Origin: Candidatus Dormiibacterota bacterium
Lineage (GTDB): Bacteria > Chloroflexota > Dormibacteria > Aeolococcales > Aeolococcaceae
Length of the DNA: 64,000 bases
NCBI GenBank assembly: GCA_035552595.1
Contig: DASZKZ010000056.1
Location: 207 to 64,206, forward strand
Direction: 5' to 3'
The position numbers and the translations under genes were made by a program. The notes below the pieces were generated by a model that was given only the letters and a program-made list of their open reading frames with translations, was not told the origin of the DNA and searched no databases. Of this stretch, positions 18,354 to 27,506 are shown piece by piece; position 1 is the first letter of the stretch, and the number at the start of each line of letters is the position of its first letter.

Positions 18354-19394
18354 TCAGCCCGGGAGGGCGCGGATGACCGCGTCAGCGACCTCGTCGGTGC
18401 TCGCCGAACCGCCCAGGTCGGGGGTCAGGGCCCTGCCCTGGGCGGTCACCTCCGCCACCGCCTGCTCCACATTGAGGGCGGCCTGGGACTCACCCAGATG
18501 CTCCAGCAACATGGCGCCGCTGAGGATCGCCCCCAGGGGGTTGGCGATGCCCCGCCCCGCGATGTCGGGCGCGGACCCGTGGACAGGCTCGAAGAGCGAG
18601 GGATGGCGGCGGCTGGGGTCGAGGTTGGCGCTGGCCGCCAGTCCCAGACTGCCCTGGAGGGCCGCGCCGAGGTCGGTGAGGATGTCGGCGAACAGGTTCG
18701 AGCCGACCACCACGTCGATGCCGTCCGGATGGAGCACCATGCGCGCGGCCATGGCATCGACGAGCACCCGCTCCACGCTCACATCGGGGTAATCGCGGTG
18801 CACGCTGTCGACCACGTCGTCCCAGAGGACGTAGGCGTAGCGGCTGGCGTTGGACTTGGTGACGCTGATCAGCCGGCCACGACGCTCACGGGCGCGATCG
18901 AACGCGAAGCGAACGGCCCGCTCGACCGCCGTCCAGGTGAAGACGGGGACCTCGACGGCGAGCTCCAGCGGTGTGCCGGTGTGGACGCGGCCGCCGGTGC
19001 CCGAGTATTCGCCCTCGGTGTTCTCGCGGATGAAGAGCATGTCGATGTCCGCCGCGCCCCGCCCGGCCAGGGGACCGCGCACGCCGGGGAGCAGCTTGAC
19101 CGGTCGCACGTTGACGTAGAGCTCGAAGGCCTTGCGAATCGGCAGCAGCAACCCCCAGAGCGTGATGTGGTCCGGAACCTCCGGCGCTCCCACCGCCCCC
19201 AGGAAGATGGCGTCGAATTCGTCCAGCGTCCTGAGGCCGTCAGCGGGCATCATCGCCCCGGTCCGCAGGTGGTGATCGGCGCCCCATGGCAGCTCGTGGA
19301 AATCGAGGCGGCAGGCGGCGGAGAGCACCCGCATCCCCGCGGGGATGACCTCCTTGCCGACGCCGTCGCCGGCGATCACCGCGATTCGATGCAT
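18354..19394 (-). CDS. Tartrate dehydrogenase/decarboxylase / D-malate dehydrogenase-like enzyme (IDH/IPMDH family)
   Basis: MHRIAVIAGDGVGKEV..MMPADGL..DAIFLGAVGAPEVPDHITLWGL..IRENTEGEYSG..GSAPDIAGRGIANP. Confidence 0.85.
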   Translation of the reverse strand: MHRIAVIAGDGVGKEVIPAGMRVLSAACRLDFHELPWGADHHLRTGAMMPADGLRTLDEFDAIFLGAVGAPEVPDHITLWGLLLPIRKAFELYVNVRPVKLLPGVRGPLAGRGAADIDMLFIRENTEGEYSGTGGRVHTGTPLELAVEVPVFTWTAVERAVRFAFDRARERRGRLISVTKSNASRYAYVLWDDVVDSVHRDYPDVSVERVLVDAMAARMVLHPDGIDVVVGSNLFADILTDLGAALQGSLGLAASANLDPSRRHPSLFEPVHGSAPDIAGRGIANPLGAILSGAMLLEHLGESQAALNVEQAVAEVTAQGRALTPDLGGSASTDEVADAVIRALPG

Positions 19395-19477
19395 ATCCGC
19401 CGACCCGCCCTGTCACGTCCGGTTGATGGCACCCGGCCCCTCGGCCGCGGAGCCCGAAAGACATACCTCCCGGTCGC

Positions 19478-19505
19478 GTATAGTATATAGACTTGGTTCT
19501 ATCGA
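19478..19505. promoter_or_regulatory. AT-rich motif copy (c), CGTATAGTATATA-N7-TTCTATCG, in the tartrate-DH/FAH divergent promoter
   Basis: Two inverted half-sites (CGtATAG / CTATCG) are nested in the GGTCG...CGACC inverted repeat at 19472-19507. Confidence 0.4.
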
Positions 19506-19527
19506 CCGCCTACATCCTCCGATCCTG

Positions 19528-20382
19528 ATGAAGATAGTCACCTTCCGCCAAGAGCCCGGGCCGGTGTGCCTCGGCGTTCTCAGTGGCGACGAGGTGGTCA
19601 CCATCACGGGCGCGGTCGACCTCGAGACCGCGCTGCTCTCCGGCGGAGGCGTCGACGCCCTCGCAGGCTCGGCGCGCGGGGCCCGCCTGCCCCTGGCCGG
19701 CGCAGCGCTGCTGGCCCCGCTGAGCCGCCCGTCCAAGGTGATCTGCGTCGGCCGGAACTACCGGGAGCACGCCAACGAGACCGGGTCCGAGGTGCCCTCG
19801 GAGCCGATCTTCTTCGCCAAGTTCCCCTCGGCGATCACCGGTCCCACGGATCCGATCGTGATCCCGGCGGCGGCACCGCGTCGCGTCGACTACGAGGCCG
19901 AGCTGGTGGTGGTGATCGGACGGGCCGGGCACGACATCGCCGAGGCCAGCGCGATCGACCACGTCGCGGGCTTCATGGCCGGCAACGACGTCACCGCACG
20001 CGACTGGCAGCTCAAGAAGAACGGTGGCCAGTGGCTGCTGGGCAAGACCTTCGACACCTTCCTCCCCCTGGGGCCCGCCCTGGTCACCCGCGACGAGGTC
20101 GAGTCCCTCGACGCCGTGCGCGTGCGCTGCCGCGTGGACGGTGACGAGGTCCAGAACGACGTGGTGGCGAGCATGATCTTCTCGATCCCGGAGCTGATCG
20201 CCTACATATCACGGGTGGTCACGCTTCTCCCCGGCGACCTGCTCCTCACCGGGACGCCGGCGGGGGTGGGGATGTCCCAGTCGCCGCCGCGCTGGCTGCA
20301 GCCCGGCCAGGTCGTGGAGACCATCATCGAGGGGATCGGCGTGCTCACCAACCCGGTGCGAGCTGCCGGCGACCCCTGGTGA
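19528..20382 (+). CDS. Fumarylacetoacetate hydrolase (FAH) family protein
   Basis: MKIVTFRQ..KVICVGRNYREHANE..IFFAKFPSA..DYEAELVVVIG..TGTPAGVG. Confidence 0.85.
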   Translation: MKIVTFRQEPGPVCLGVLSGDEVVTITGAVDLETALLSGGGVDALAGSARGARLPLAGAALLAPLSRPSKVICVGRNYREHANETGSEVPSEPIFFAKFPSAITGPTDPIVIPAAAPRRVDYEAELVVVIGRAGHDIAEASAIDHVAGFMAGNDVTARDWQLKKNGGQWLLGKTFDTFLPLGPALVTRDEVESLDAVRVRCRVDGDEVQNDVVASMIFSIPELIAYISRVVTLLPGDLLLTGTPAGVGMSQSPPRWLQPGQVVETIIEGIGVLTNPVRAAGDPW

Positions 20383-22433
20383 GCTGGCGCATCGCTGTCG
20401 ACATCGGGGGCACGTTCACCGACCTGGTCGCCTGGAACCAGGACGGCGGAGCCCTGGTGCGCAGCAAGGTGCTGACCGTTCCCGACGATCCCGTGGCGGG
20501 TGTGGCGCAGGCCATCGACCACGCCGCTCTCCACCTCCCTGACGCCACCGAGTTCGTGCACGGGTCCACCATCGCCATCAACGCCGTCCTCGAAGAGCGG
20601 GGCGCGCGGACGGCGTTGATCACCACCCGCGGCTTTCGCGACGTCCTCGAGATGGGTCGCAAGAGCCGGCCCGACATGTACAACCTCTTCTTCCGGCCGC
20701 GCACCTGCCCGGTGCCGCGCGGTCTGCGCCTCGAGGTCGGAGAGCGGATGGCGCACACCGGTGAGGCGCTCACCCCGCTCGACCCGGGCGAGGTCGACGC
20801 CGCCATCGCCGCGCTGCCCGCCGACGTCGAGGCGGTGGCCGTCTGCTTGCTCCACTCCTACGCGAACCCGGAGCACGAGCAGCGTGTCGCCGCCTCGCTC
20901 CGCGAGCAGCGCCCCGAGCTGTACGTGAGCGCGTCGACGGACCTCTCGCGCGAGGCCAAGGAGTACGAGCGGACCTGCACCGCGGTTGTCAACGCCTACG
21001 TGGGCCCGCTGGTCGCCGGCTACGTGGGCCGGCTGCGCGCTCACCTCACCGACCGCCAATGCAGCGCACCGCTGCTGATCACTCAATCCAACGGCGGGGT
21101 GATGACCGCCGAGGTCGCGGAACGCGAGCCCGTCCGCACCATGGAGTCGGGCCCGGCCGCCGGAGTGACCGGCGCCGCCTGGATCGGCCGCCCGCTCGAC
21201 TTCGGCGACCTGATCGCCTTCGACATGGGCGGCACCAGCGCCAAGGCGTGCGTCATCGCGGGGGGCGTGCCGGAGGTCGCCGCCGAGTACCACATCGGCG
21301 GACGGGTGAGCGGCCTACCGGTGCAGGTGCCGTTCCTCGAGATCGTCGAGGTGGGCGCGGGCGGAGGCAGCGTCGCGCACCTCGACGCCGGTGGTGGGCT
21401 TCGGGTGGGGCCGCGCAGCGCCGGCTCCATCCCCGGACCGGCGGCGTATGGGCGGGGCGGGGTCGAGCCCACCATCACCGACGCCAACGTGGTGGCCGGG
21501 CGTATCGACCCCGACTACTTCCTGGGCGGGGAGATGCGCCTCGACGCCGGTCTCGCGCACGCGGCACTGGCGCGCATCGCCGAACCGCTGGGCATCAGCA
21601 TCGAGCACTGCGCCAACGCGGTCATCCGAATCGCCGACACCATCATGGCCGAGGCCATCCGCGCAGTGACGGTCGAGCGCGGTCGCGATCCGCGCGACTT
21701 CACACTGGTGGCCTACGGTGGCGCCGGGCCGGTGCACGCCACCTCACTCGCCGCCGAGCTGCAGATCCCCCGGGTGCTCATCCCAGCAGGCCCGGGAACC
21801 TTCGCCGCCTACGGCATGCTGGTCACCGACCTCCGCCACGACCTGGCCCGCACCCTCACCGGGGTTCTCGACAGCATCGATCCGACGACCGTCGCCAATC
21901 GCTTCAACGAGCTCGAGCACGAGGCGAGCGCGTACGTCCGCTCCCGGCTGGAGGGTGGTCGGGAGGCGTCGATCCGCTTCGTACGCCGGGTCGATCTCCG
22001 CTACGTGGGCCAGTTCCACCCGCTCACCATGACCGTTTCCGGCGACGTCGACTCTGACTTCGCGGCGGTGACCGCCCGGCGTTTCCACGTGGCCCACGCG
22101 GAGCGCTACGGCCACAGCGCGCCGGAGGAGCTGGTCGAGGTGGGCGCGCTCCGCGTCACCGCCATCGCCGATGTGCGCAAGCCGCCGGCCGAACAGACCA
22201 GCGCGGCGGAATCGGGCGGCGGCCGGGTATCCGTGTCGCGCCGAGTCCTCTACGGGGACGGCCGCTGGCGCAGCGCCGCCGTGCACCGCCGCGATCAGCT
22301 CCGCGTCGGCGACACCGTCGCCGGCCCCGCGGTCATCGACGACCCCGCCAGCAGCGTGGTCATCGACGAGGGCGACCGCGCCACGGTGATGGACGGTGCC
22401 CACCTGCTCATCACCGTGGGCGCGGCGGCATGA
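20379..22433 (+). CDS. Hydantoinase/oxoprolinase A subunit (HyuA family)
   Basis: WRIAVDIGGTFTDLVAW..FDMGGTSAKA in 684 aa. GTGA overlap with the FAH gene. Confidence 0.9.
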   Translation: MSWRIAVDIGGTFTDLVAWNQDGGALVRSKVLTVPDDPVAGVAQAIDHAALHLPDATEFVHGSTIAINAVLEERGARTALITTRGFRDVLEMGRKSRPDMYNLFFRPRTCPVPRGLRLEVGERMAHTGEALTPLDPGEVDAAIAALPADVEAVAVCLLHSYANPEHEQRVAASLREQRPELYVSASTDLSREAKEYERTCTAVVNAYVGPLVAGYVGRLRAHLTDRQCSAPLLITQSNGGVMTAEVAEREPVRTMESGPAAGVTGAAWIGRPLDFGDLIAFDMGGTSAKACVIAGGVPEVAAEYHIGGRVSGLPVQVPFLEIVEVGAGGGSVAHLDAGGGLRVGPRSAGSIPGPAAYGRGGVEPTITDANVVAGRIDPDYFLGGEMRLDAGLAHAALARIAEPLGISIEHCANAVIRIADTIMAEAIRAVTVERGRDPRDFTLVAYGGAGPVHATSLAAELQIPRVLIPAGPGTFAAYGMLVTDLRHDLARTLTGVLDSIDPTTVANRFNELEHEASAYVRSRLEGGREASIRFVRRVDLRYVGQFHPLTMTVSGDVDSDFAAVTARRFHVAHAERYGHSAPEELVEVGALRVTAIADVRKPPAEQTSAAESGGGRVSVSRRVLYGDGRWRSAAVHRRDQLRVGDTVAGPAVIDDPASSVVIDEGDRATVMDGAHLLITVGAAA

Positions 22434-24154
22434 CCGCCGCGGCCGTGCTGCCCGATCTGGCCACCATCGCTTACGTCCGCCACGCCCTGGTGGCGGCGGC
22501 CGGCGAGATGATGATCAACGTCAAACGGGCCGCGTACAGCCCCAGCATCCACCAGATCCAGGACGTCTGCGTCGGCGTGGTCGACGTCGAGGGCAGCATC
22601 CTGGCGTGCGCGCCCGGTCTTCCCATGTTCCTCGCCGACATGGGCGAGGTGGTGCGCGACGGCTACGACACGCTGGGCCGCGACGTCTTCGAGCCCGGCG
22701 ATGTGTACATGAGCAACGACCCCTTCACCATCGGCACGCACATCAACAACATCGCCACCTACTCTCCCATCTTCTTCGAGGGCGCGCTGGCCGGTTTCGC
22801 GGTGGTGCGCGGGCACATGGTCGACCTCGGCGGTGCCGTGCCGGGCTCGCGGTCGACGCGCCTCACCGAGATCTACCAGGAGGGGCTGCGGGTACGCCAG
22901 CTGCGGCTCTACCGGGCGGGCGAGCCCGACCCGGCGATGATGCGGTTGATCGGCGACAACTCACGCATGCCCGAGGCCGTCCTCGGCGACCTTCGCGCCC
23001 AGGTGGCAGCGTGCCGCACCGGGGAGAGGCGGGTTCAGGCACTGCTTGGCAAATACGGCCGCCCCAGCTTCGAGCACGCCGCACGCGAGATCCTCGCGCA
23101 CGGCGACCGGCTCGCCCGCGCCGCCGTTCGCGCCATCCCCGACGGCACCTACTCGGCCGAGTCCTTTCTCGACGACGACGGCGTCGACCTCGACACCCCG
23201 GTGCCGATCCGGGTCACCGTGGTGGTCGAGGGCGAGGGCATGACCATCGACTTCAGCGAGTTCGCGGAGCAGACTCGCGGCGCCATCAACACCGGTCCGG
23301 CGGGCGCGGTGGCGATCGCGCGCAACGCCTTCAAGTGCGTCACCACCCCCCACGAGCCGGCCAATGAGGGCCACTTCCGCCCCCTGACGGTGATCGCCCC
23401 GCCCGGCAAGGTGATCAGCGCCCGGCCGCCGGCCGCCTGCGGCTACTGGGCGCGCACCACGAGCACCACGGTGGACACCATCTTCCGGGCCCTCTCACCG
23501 GCCATGCCCGCGGCCATCCCGGCGGGTCATTTCGGCGACATCCCCATGTGCCTGATCAACGGCTACGACAGCAACGGCCGTCGCTTCGTCTTCTTCGAGC
23601 CGGTGCCGGGCGGCCACGGCGGCCGTCCCCACGAGGACGGCGTCAGCGCCACGGTGTGCTTCCACGAAGGCGACACCCCCGACGTCCCGGTCGAGGTGCA
23701 GGAGGCGCTTCTGCCCATCGTGGTCGAGGAGTCGGCGCTCGACGAGGACAGCGCCGGCGCGGGCCGCTTCCGCGGCGGCCTCGGCTACCGTCGTGTCTTC
23801 CGCCTGCTCGGCTCGTCGGCCTCGATGCAGATCAACGTCGACCGCCATCGCTGCCTCCCCTGGGGGCTGCACGGCGGCGCGTCCGGCAGGCCCAACCGAG
23901 CCGCCATCCAAGCGGGGCCGGGCGCGCCGTGGCAGCCCGTTCTCAAGCAGGACGACATCCGTCTCGGGCCCGGAGCGCGGGTGATGCTGGTCGGTGGCGG
24001 AGGGGGCGGCTGGGGTGAACCGGCCGAGCGCAGCCGTGCCGCCATCGCGGCCGATGTGGAGGCGGGCTACGTCAGCGCCATGGCGGCGCGCCGTGATTAC
24101 CCGGGGACGGTCGACGGCGCCGACCCCACCACCGAGGACGGCCATGCAGACTGA
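22430..24154 (+). CDS. Hydantoinase B/oxoprolinase subunit (HyuB family)
   Basis: 574 aa: ..MSNDPFTIGTHINNIA..GRFRGGLGY... 4-nt overlap with HyuA. Confidence 0.9.
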   Translation: MTAAAVLPDLATIAYVRHALVAAAGEMMINVKRAAYSPSIHQIQDVCVGVVDVEGSILACAPGLPMFLADMGEVVRDGYDTLGRDVFEPGDVYMSNDPFTIGTHINNIATYSPIFFEGALAGFAVVRGHMVDLGGAVPGSRSTRLTEIYQEGLRVRQLRLYRAGEPDPAMMRLIGDNSRMPEAVLGDLRAQVAACRTGERRVQALLGKYGRPSFEHAAREILAHGDRLARAAVRAIPDGTYSAESFLDDDGVDLDTPVPIRVTVVVEGEGMTIDFSEFAEQTRGAINTGPAGAVAIARNAFKCVTTPHEPANEGHFRPLTVIAPPGKVISARPPAACGYWARTTSTTVDTIFRALSPAMPAAIPAGHFGDIPMCLINGYDSNGRRFVFFEPVPGGHGGRPHEDGVSATVCFHEGDTPDVPVEVQEALLPIVVEESALDEDSAGAGRFRGGLGYRRVFRLLGSSASMQINVDRHRCLPWGLHGGASGRPNRAAIQAGPGAPWQPVLKQDDIRLGPGARVMLVGGGGGGWGEPAERSRAAIAADVEAGYVSAMAARRDYPGTVDGADPTTEDGHAD

Positions 24155-25406
24155 GCAGCTGAGCCCGATGCCGGATCACCCTGCGCTCGTCGAGCGCGCG
24201 CGCGCCCAACAGGCGGCGGTGATGCGCCGCACCGAGTCGATGCGCGCGGACCTCCCCCTTCGCTACCTGCGCCAGCAGGCGCACCTCACGGCGCCGGCCT
24301 CCGAGTACCGGCTCGCCGAGAAGGCGCTGTCGGGCGCGTACGCGATCGCCACCCGGCTGCTGCAGCGATACGCGATCACGCCGGGCCAGCTCGCCGACCG
24401 CCTCGGGGTCGACGTCGCAATCGTCGCCGCGGCGCTCGAGGAGAGTGCCGCACCACTGGTGCTCATCGATCTGGAGGACGGGGTGGCCCCATCCATGGTC
24501 GCCGAGGCCCGCGCCAACGCGGTGCGGCTTCTCCGCGACGTGGATCGGGGGCCCGCGCTCTGCTTTGTGCGCCCTGTCGGCGTCACCAATCCGCGCTGCG
24601 CCGACGACCTGGTCGAGCTCCTCATCGGCGCCGGCGGCGGTCTCCCCCCCGACGCCTATCCGCTCGACGGCATCGTGCTGCCCAAGGTGCGCCATGTCCA
24701 CGAGGTGGAGTGGGTCGACTCGCTTCTCGGCTCCGTGGAGGAGGCGCTCGGGCTGCCTCGCAACCGCATCCGGGTCAGCTTCCAGGTGGAGACCGGCTGG
24801 GGGGTGCTGAACCTGCCCGCGCTGGTGGCCGCGGGGCTGGCCCGCCTCTCCGGCGTGATCCTCGGCACCGTCGACCTCAGCGCCGATGTCATGCTGCCCA
24901 GCGTCCGCTACCGCCACCCCGTCTGCGAGTGGGCGCGAACCATGATCGTGCTGGCCGCGGGGAGCGCGGGAGTTCCGGCCATCGATGGCATGACCCTGGA
25001 CTTTCCGGTGGGCCTGCCCGGCCTCGACGCCGCCCAGAACCACGACCTGGTGCTGGATCGCATGAGGGCGAACTTCGACGACGCCATGCACTCGATCGAC
25101 CACGGTATGTCGGGACGGTGGGTCGGCCACCCCCTCCAGCTGGTGGCCACCGCGATCGCCTTCCGTCACAGCTTCTCGCCGGCGACGATCGAGCGGGACG
25201 TGGCCACGGTGGAGAGCTTCGCGCAGAGCCTGAGCGCTGACCGCGGCGCCGCCGCCGGCGGCGGTGGCGAGCTCCTCGACGTCGGCACCGACCGGCACGT
25301 CCGCCAGCTGCTGCGCCGCGCCACCGCATGGGGGCTGCTGACCCCGGAGCGCGCGGCCGGCCTCGGCATCGTCGACGCGCGCGAGGCGGAGGCTCTGCCG
25401 GCGTGA
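24144..25406 (+). CDS. HpcH/HpaI aldolase / citrate-lyase-beta (CitE)-like acyl-CoA lyase family protein, long form
   Basis: LVLIDLEDGVAP..CFVRPVGV..DGIVLPKVRHVHEV..FQVETGWGV..LGTVDLSADV. ATG 24144 overlaps the HyuB 3' end by 11 nt. The protein has an N-terminal extension of about 110 aa. Confidence 0.7.
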   Translation: MQTEQLSPMPDHPALVERARAQQAAVMRRTESMRADLPLRYLRQQAHLTAPASEYRLAEKALSGAYAIATRLLQRYAITPGQLADRLGVDVAIVAAALEESAAPLVLIDLEDGVAPSMVAEARANAVRLLRDVDRGPALCFVRPVGVTNPRCADDLVELLIGAGGGLPPDAYPLDGIVLPKVRHVHEVEWVDSLLGSVEEALGLPRNRIRVSFQVETGWGVLNLPALVAAGLARLSGVILGTVDLSADVMLPSVRYRHPVCEWARTMIVLAAGSAGVPAIDGMTLDFPVGLPGLDAAQNHDLVLDRMRANFDDAMHSIDHGMSGRWVGHPLQLVATAIAFRHSFSPATIERDVATVESFAQSLSADRGAAAGGGGELLDVGTDRHVRQLLRRATAWGLLTPERAAGLGIVDAREAEALPA

Positions 25407-26647
25407 CCACCTCCACCACCGGCGGCACGCCCCGAACCACGGCGGCTGCGCAGCCGGACACCCGTCCCCTGGCCAATGTCCGGGTCCTGGACATCGCCTC
25501 GTTCATGGCCGCTCCCATGGCCGCCATGTGGCTCGCCGACTTCGGCGCTCAGGTGGTCAAGGTCGAGCACCCTCGCGGCGACATGATGCGTTCGTGGGGC
25601 AGCGTCAAGGATGGCACTCCCCTCTTCTGGAAGATGGTCGGCCGCAACAAGCGGTCGGTCACCATCGACCTGCACCATCCCGACGGACAGGAGCTGCTCC
25701 GCCGCATGGCCGCCAAAGCCGACGTCGTCGTCGAGAACTTCCGCCCCGGCACGCTGGCCGGCTGGGGCCTCGATTACGAGCGTCTCTCGGCGATCAATCC
25801 GCGCCTGGTGATGCTGAGCGTCTCGGGCTTCGGGCAGACCGGGCCGTACAGCCCGCGGGCCGGGTTCGGCACCCTGGCGGAGGCGATGAGCGGGTACGCA
25901 TTCTCGACCGGCGATCCCGACGGACCGCCGACCCTGCCCTCGTTCGGGCTGGCGGACAGTGTCACCGGTCTCTGCGGCGCCTACGCCGTGCTGCTCGCCC
26001 TCCACGAACGCGACACTGTCAGCAACCGCGGGCAGAGCATCGACCTCGCCATCTACGAGCCCATGATGGTGATGATGGGTCATCAGTTCGTCGAGTACGA
26101 CCAGCTCGGCATCGTGGCCCAGCGGCTCGGCTCACGCTTGCCCTTCGCGGCCCCGCGCAACGTGTTTCTGACGCGCGACAAGCGCTGGGTGGCGATGTCG
26201 TGCAGCGCGCAGAGCGTCTTCGAGCGGGCCTGCTCCGCGATCGGCCATCCCGAGCTGGTCCACGATGCGCGCTTCACCGACAATCGCGCCCGGACCGAGA
26301 ATTACAAGGCGCTCGACGACATCTTCGGCGAGTGGATCGCCGCCCGTCCCGCCGAGGAGGTGCTGACCACGCTCAACGACGCGGGGGGGGCCGCGGCCCC
26401 CATCTACGACGTCGCCGACGTCTTCGCCGATCCGCACTTCCAGTTCCGCGAGAACCTGGCCTCCGTTGCCGACGAAGACCTCGGCGTGGTGCGCATGCAG
26501 AACGTCGCGCCCAAGCTCTCGCGCACGCCCGGTCGGATCGATTGGACCGGTCCCGCGCTCGGTGCTCACACAGCGGAGGTGCTCGATGAATGGATCGGAA
26601 TGGGCGAGGACGAGGTCTCCACTCTGCGTGCGCAGGGTGTGATATAG
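25403..26647 (+). CDS. Family III CoA-transferase, paralog 2
   Basis: LANVRVLDIASFMAAPMAAMWLADFGAQVVKVEHP..NFRPGTLAGWGL. GTGA overlap with the CitE-like gene. Confidence 0.85.
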   Translation: MTTSTTGGTPRTTAAAQPDTRPLANVRVLDIASFMAAPMAAMWLADFGAQVVKVEHPRGDMMRSWGSVKDGTPLFWKMVGRNKRSVTIDLHHPDGQELLRRMAAKADVVVENFRPGTLAGWGLDYERLSAINPRLVMLSVSGFGQTGPYSPRAGFGTLAEAMSGYAFSTGDPDGPPTLPSFGLADSVTGLCGAYAVLLALHERDTVSNRGQSIDLAIYEPMMVMMGHQFVEYDQLGIVAQRLGSRLPFAAPRNVFLTRDKRWVAMSCSAQSVFERACSAIGHPELVHDARFTDNRARTENYKALDDIFGEWIAARPAEEVLTTLNDAGGAAAPIYDVADVFADPHFQFRENLASVADEDLGVVRMQNVAPKLSRTPGRIDWTGPALGAHTAEVLDEWIGMGEDEVSTLRAQGVI

Positions 26648-26726
26648 CACGAGGCGCGCGGAGGGTTGCCCTTCTGGGGAGCTCTGACCGGCCGACGCCA
26701 CCGACACTGGTCATGGGAGGAGACGC

Positions 26727-27506
26727 ATGGCGGCGAGCCGCAAGGGGGGCGGGCTGTCGAAGTCTGTGGCGACGACGGACAGGACGGGCCAGCGCGCGAC
26801 GACGGCCGGTGCCCGCGCCCGGCAGTCGCGCGACTCCGATGGCGCCCTGGCGCCGACCACGGTCAGCGATTACGTCACCAACCGGATCAGGGACGCCATC
26901 CTCGAGGGGACGTTCGCGCTCGGCTCCCGTCTCGATCAGCAGCAGATCGCTGAGGAGATGGGGGTCAGCACCATCCCCATCCGCGAAGCCCTGCGACGGC
27001 TCGAGGCCAACGGGCTGGTGCACATCCACCCGCGTCGAGGCGCGTTCGTCGCGGAGTTCTCCCAGAAGGAACTGATCGACATCAAGCGCATCCGCGAGAT
27101 GCTCGAGGAGCTGGCCACGCGCCTGGCCGCGCCCCGACTCGATGCCGACCAGCTGGACCGGCTGACCGCGCTCAACACGCGCATGGCCAAGCTCACCGCC
27201 GGCGCCAAGGCGGCGACGTGGAGCGAGCTGAACCGTGAGTGGCACTTCATGCTGTACTCGGCATCCGACTCGCCGATCCTGATCGAGATGATCAAGACCC
27301 TGTGGGATCGATCCAGCCTGTACCGCCACGTGTACGGCGGCTCCTCGGGGCATCGTCAACACTCGGTGGCCGAGCACGCCGAGGCCATCGCCCAGATCCG
27401 CGCCGGCAAGAGTGCGGCGGCGGCGCGAACCATCCGCAACCACATCTTCGGGGCCAGCGCGCGGTCCTTCATCCCCGCCGACGGGGAGCCGAGCGCCGCC
27501 CGGTGA
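26727..27506 (+). CDS. GntR-family transcriptional regulator (FadR/FCD subfamily)
   Basis: Winged helix-turn-helix LDQQQIAEEMGVSTIPIREALRRLEANGLVHIHPRRGAFV plus a helical FCD-like C-terminus. GGGAGGAG precedes the ATG. Confidence 0.85.
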   Translation: MAASRKGGGLSKSVATTDRTGQRATTAGARARQSRDSDGALAPTTVSDYVTNRIRDAILEGTFALGSRLDQQQIAEEMGVSTIPIREALRRLEANGLVHIHPRRGAFVAEFSQKELIDIKRIREMLEELATRLAAPRLDADQLDRLTALNTRMAKLTAGAKAATWSELNREWHFMLYSASDSPILIEMIKTLWDRSSLYRHVYGGSSGHRQHSVAEHAEAIAQIRAGKSAAAARTIRNHIFGASARSFIPADGEPSAAR

